From positions 10,833,432 through 10,897,431 of the forward strand of contig NC_092679.1 in assembly GCF_964355755.1 (NCBI RefSeq): a DNA stretch of 64,000 nt, in the 5' to 3' direction. Positions 63,560-64,000 of the stretch are shown here, piece after piece. The notes beneath the pieces were generated by a model that saw only the letters and a program-made list of their open reading frames with translations, was not told the DNA's origin and searched no databases. The DNA is from Antedon mediterranea (Eukaryota > Animalia > Echinodermata). The number at the start of each line of letters is the position of its first letter. Position 1 is the first letter of the stretch. Position numbers and translations under genes: made by a program.

Positions 63560-64000
63560 AGAAAATCAGGATCTTAAAGAAAGAAAAGAAGAATTAACCA
63601 ATGCGATTTGATACTCATAAAACATATGACCTAATTATCAATTAATTGCTTGAAGTATGCTGACAAAATAAAATGCTTGAAACAGTGAGGAAAAAGCGAA
63701 GAAAAGAAAAACATATGTTTAAAATATTAGAAATCTGAAAAGGATCAAAGACAAATTAATTACAAAGCTGATTTCTTTTCAAGAACATACTGTAGTGGAA
63801 TATAAAAGGAAAACAAACCAGTGAGCAGTCAAAATTACCATCTTGGCTTGATGAGGCAATAACACATCCAGCTCATAACACTATACAACAAAATCTTTGA
63901 AACCAGAAGAAATTAAGAGAAGCAATGATAATTATACTTTAATCCACAAAAACATGACAAAACTGACATCAACCATTACCGACCAAACGAACATTATCAC
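63560..64000 (+). mobile_element. Highly decayed LINE (RTE-like) RT N-terminal fragment, runs off the window
   Basis: Peptides QLITLYNKIFETR and KHDKTDINHYRP in different frames. Confidence 0.4.

Overview
AT-rich metazoan genomic DNA, not prokaryotic. The repeat landscape and frequent TAGGCCTA suggest an invertebrate deuterostome, probably an echinoderm (inference). Two spliced protein-coding genes lie on the minus strand, and both were reconstructed by hand with GT-AG junctions and consistent phases. The first is a ZNF318-like double matrin-type zinc-finger gene (7 coding exons, 35290->13426, 1747 aa). The second is an SRSF4/5/6 (B52/SRp55-like) SR splicing factor (7 coding exons, 47498->43513, 278 aa, with a 5'UTR exon near 53.0-53.15 kb). 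The rest is dense with transposable elements: a decayed L2-type LINE split by a Helentron-associated (HINE) element, a nearly full-length CR1-type LINE with a PHD ORF1, a Penelope fragment with a degenerate hammerhead ribozyme, Tx1/RTE/CR1 fragments, and many non-autonomous DNA transposons, including a 5.9-kb nested cluster. The most interesting signals are candidate regulatory splicing elements in the SR gene: a poison exon and an alternative 3' splice site in the SWQ|DLKD intron, a 38-nt CpG-rich microexon that would delete the RS domain while escaping NMD, and an ~830-bp inverted repeat in intron 1. ZNF318 also carries a Fip1-like acidic-FLYGD motif and a candidate stop-containing exon between its zinc fingers. 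All of these are predictions from sequence alone.
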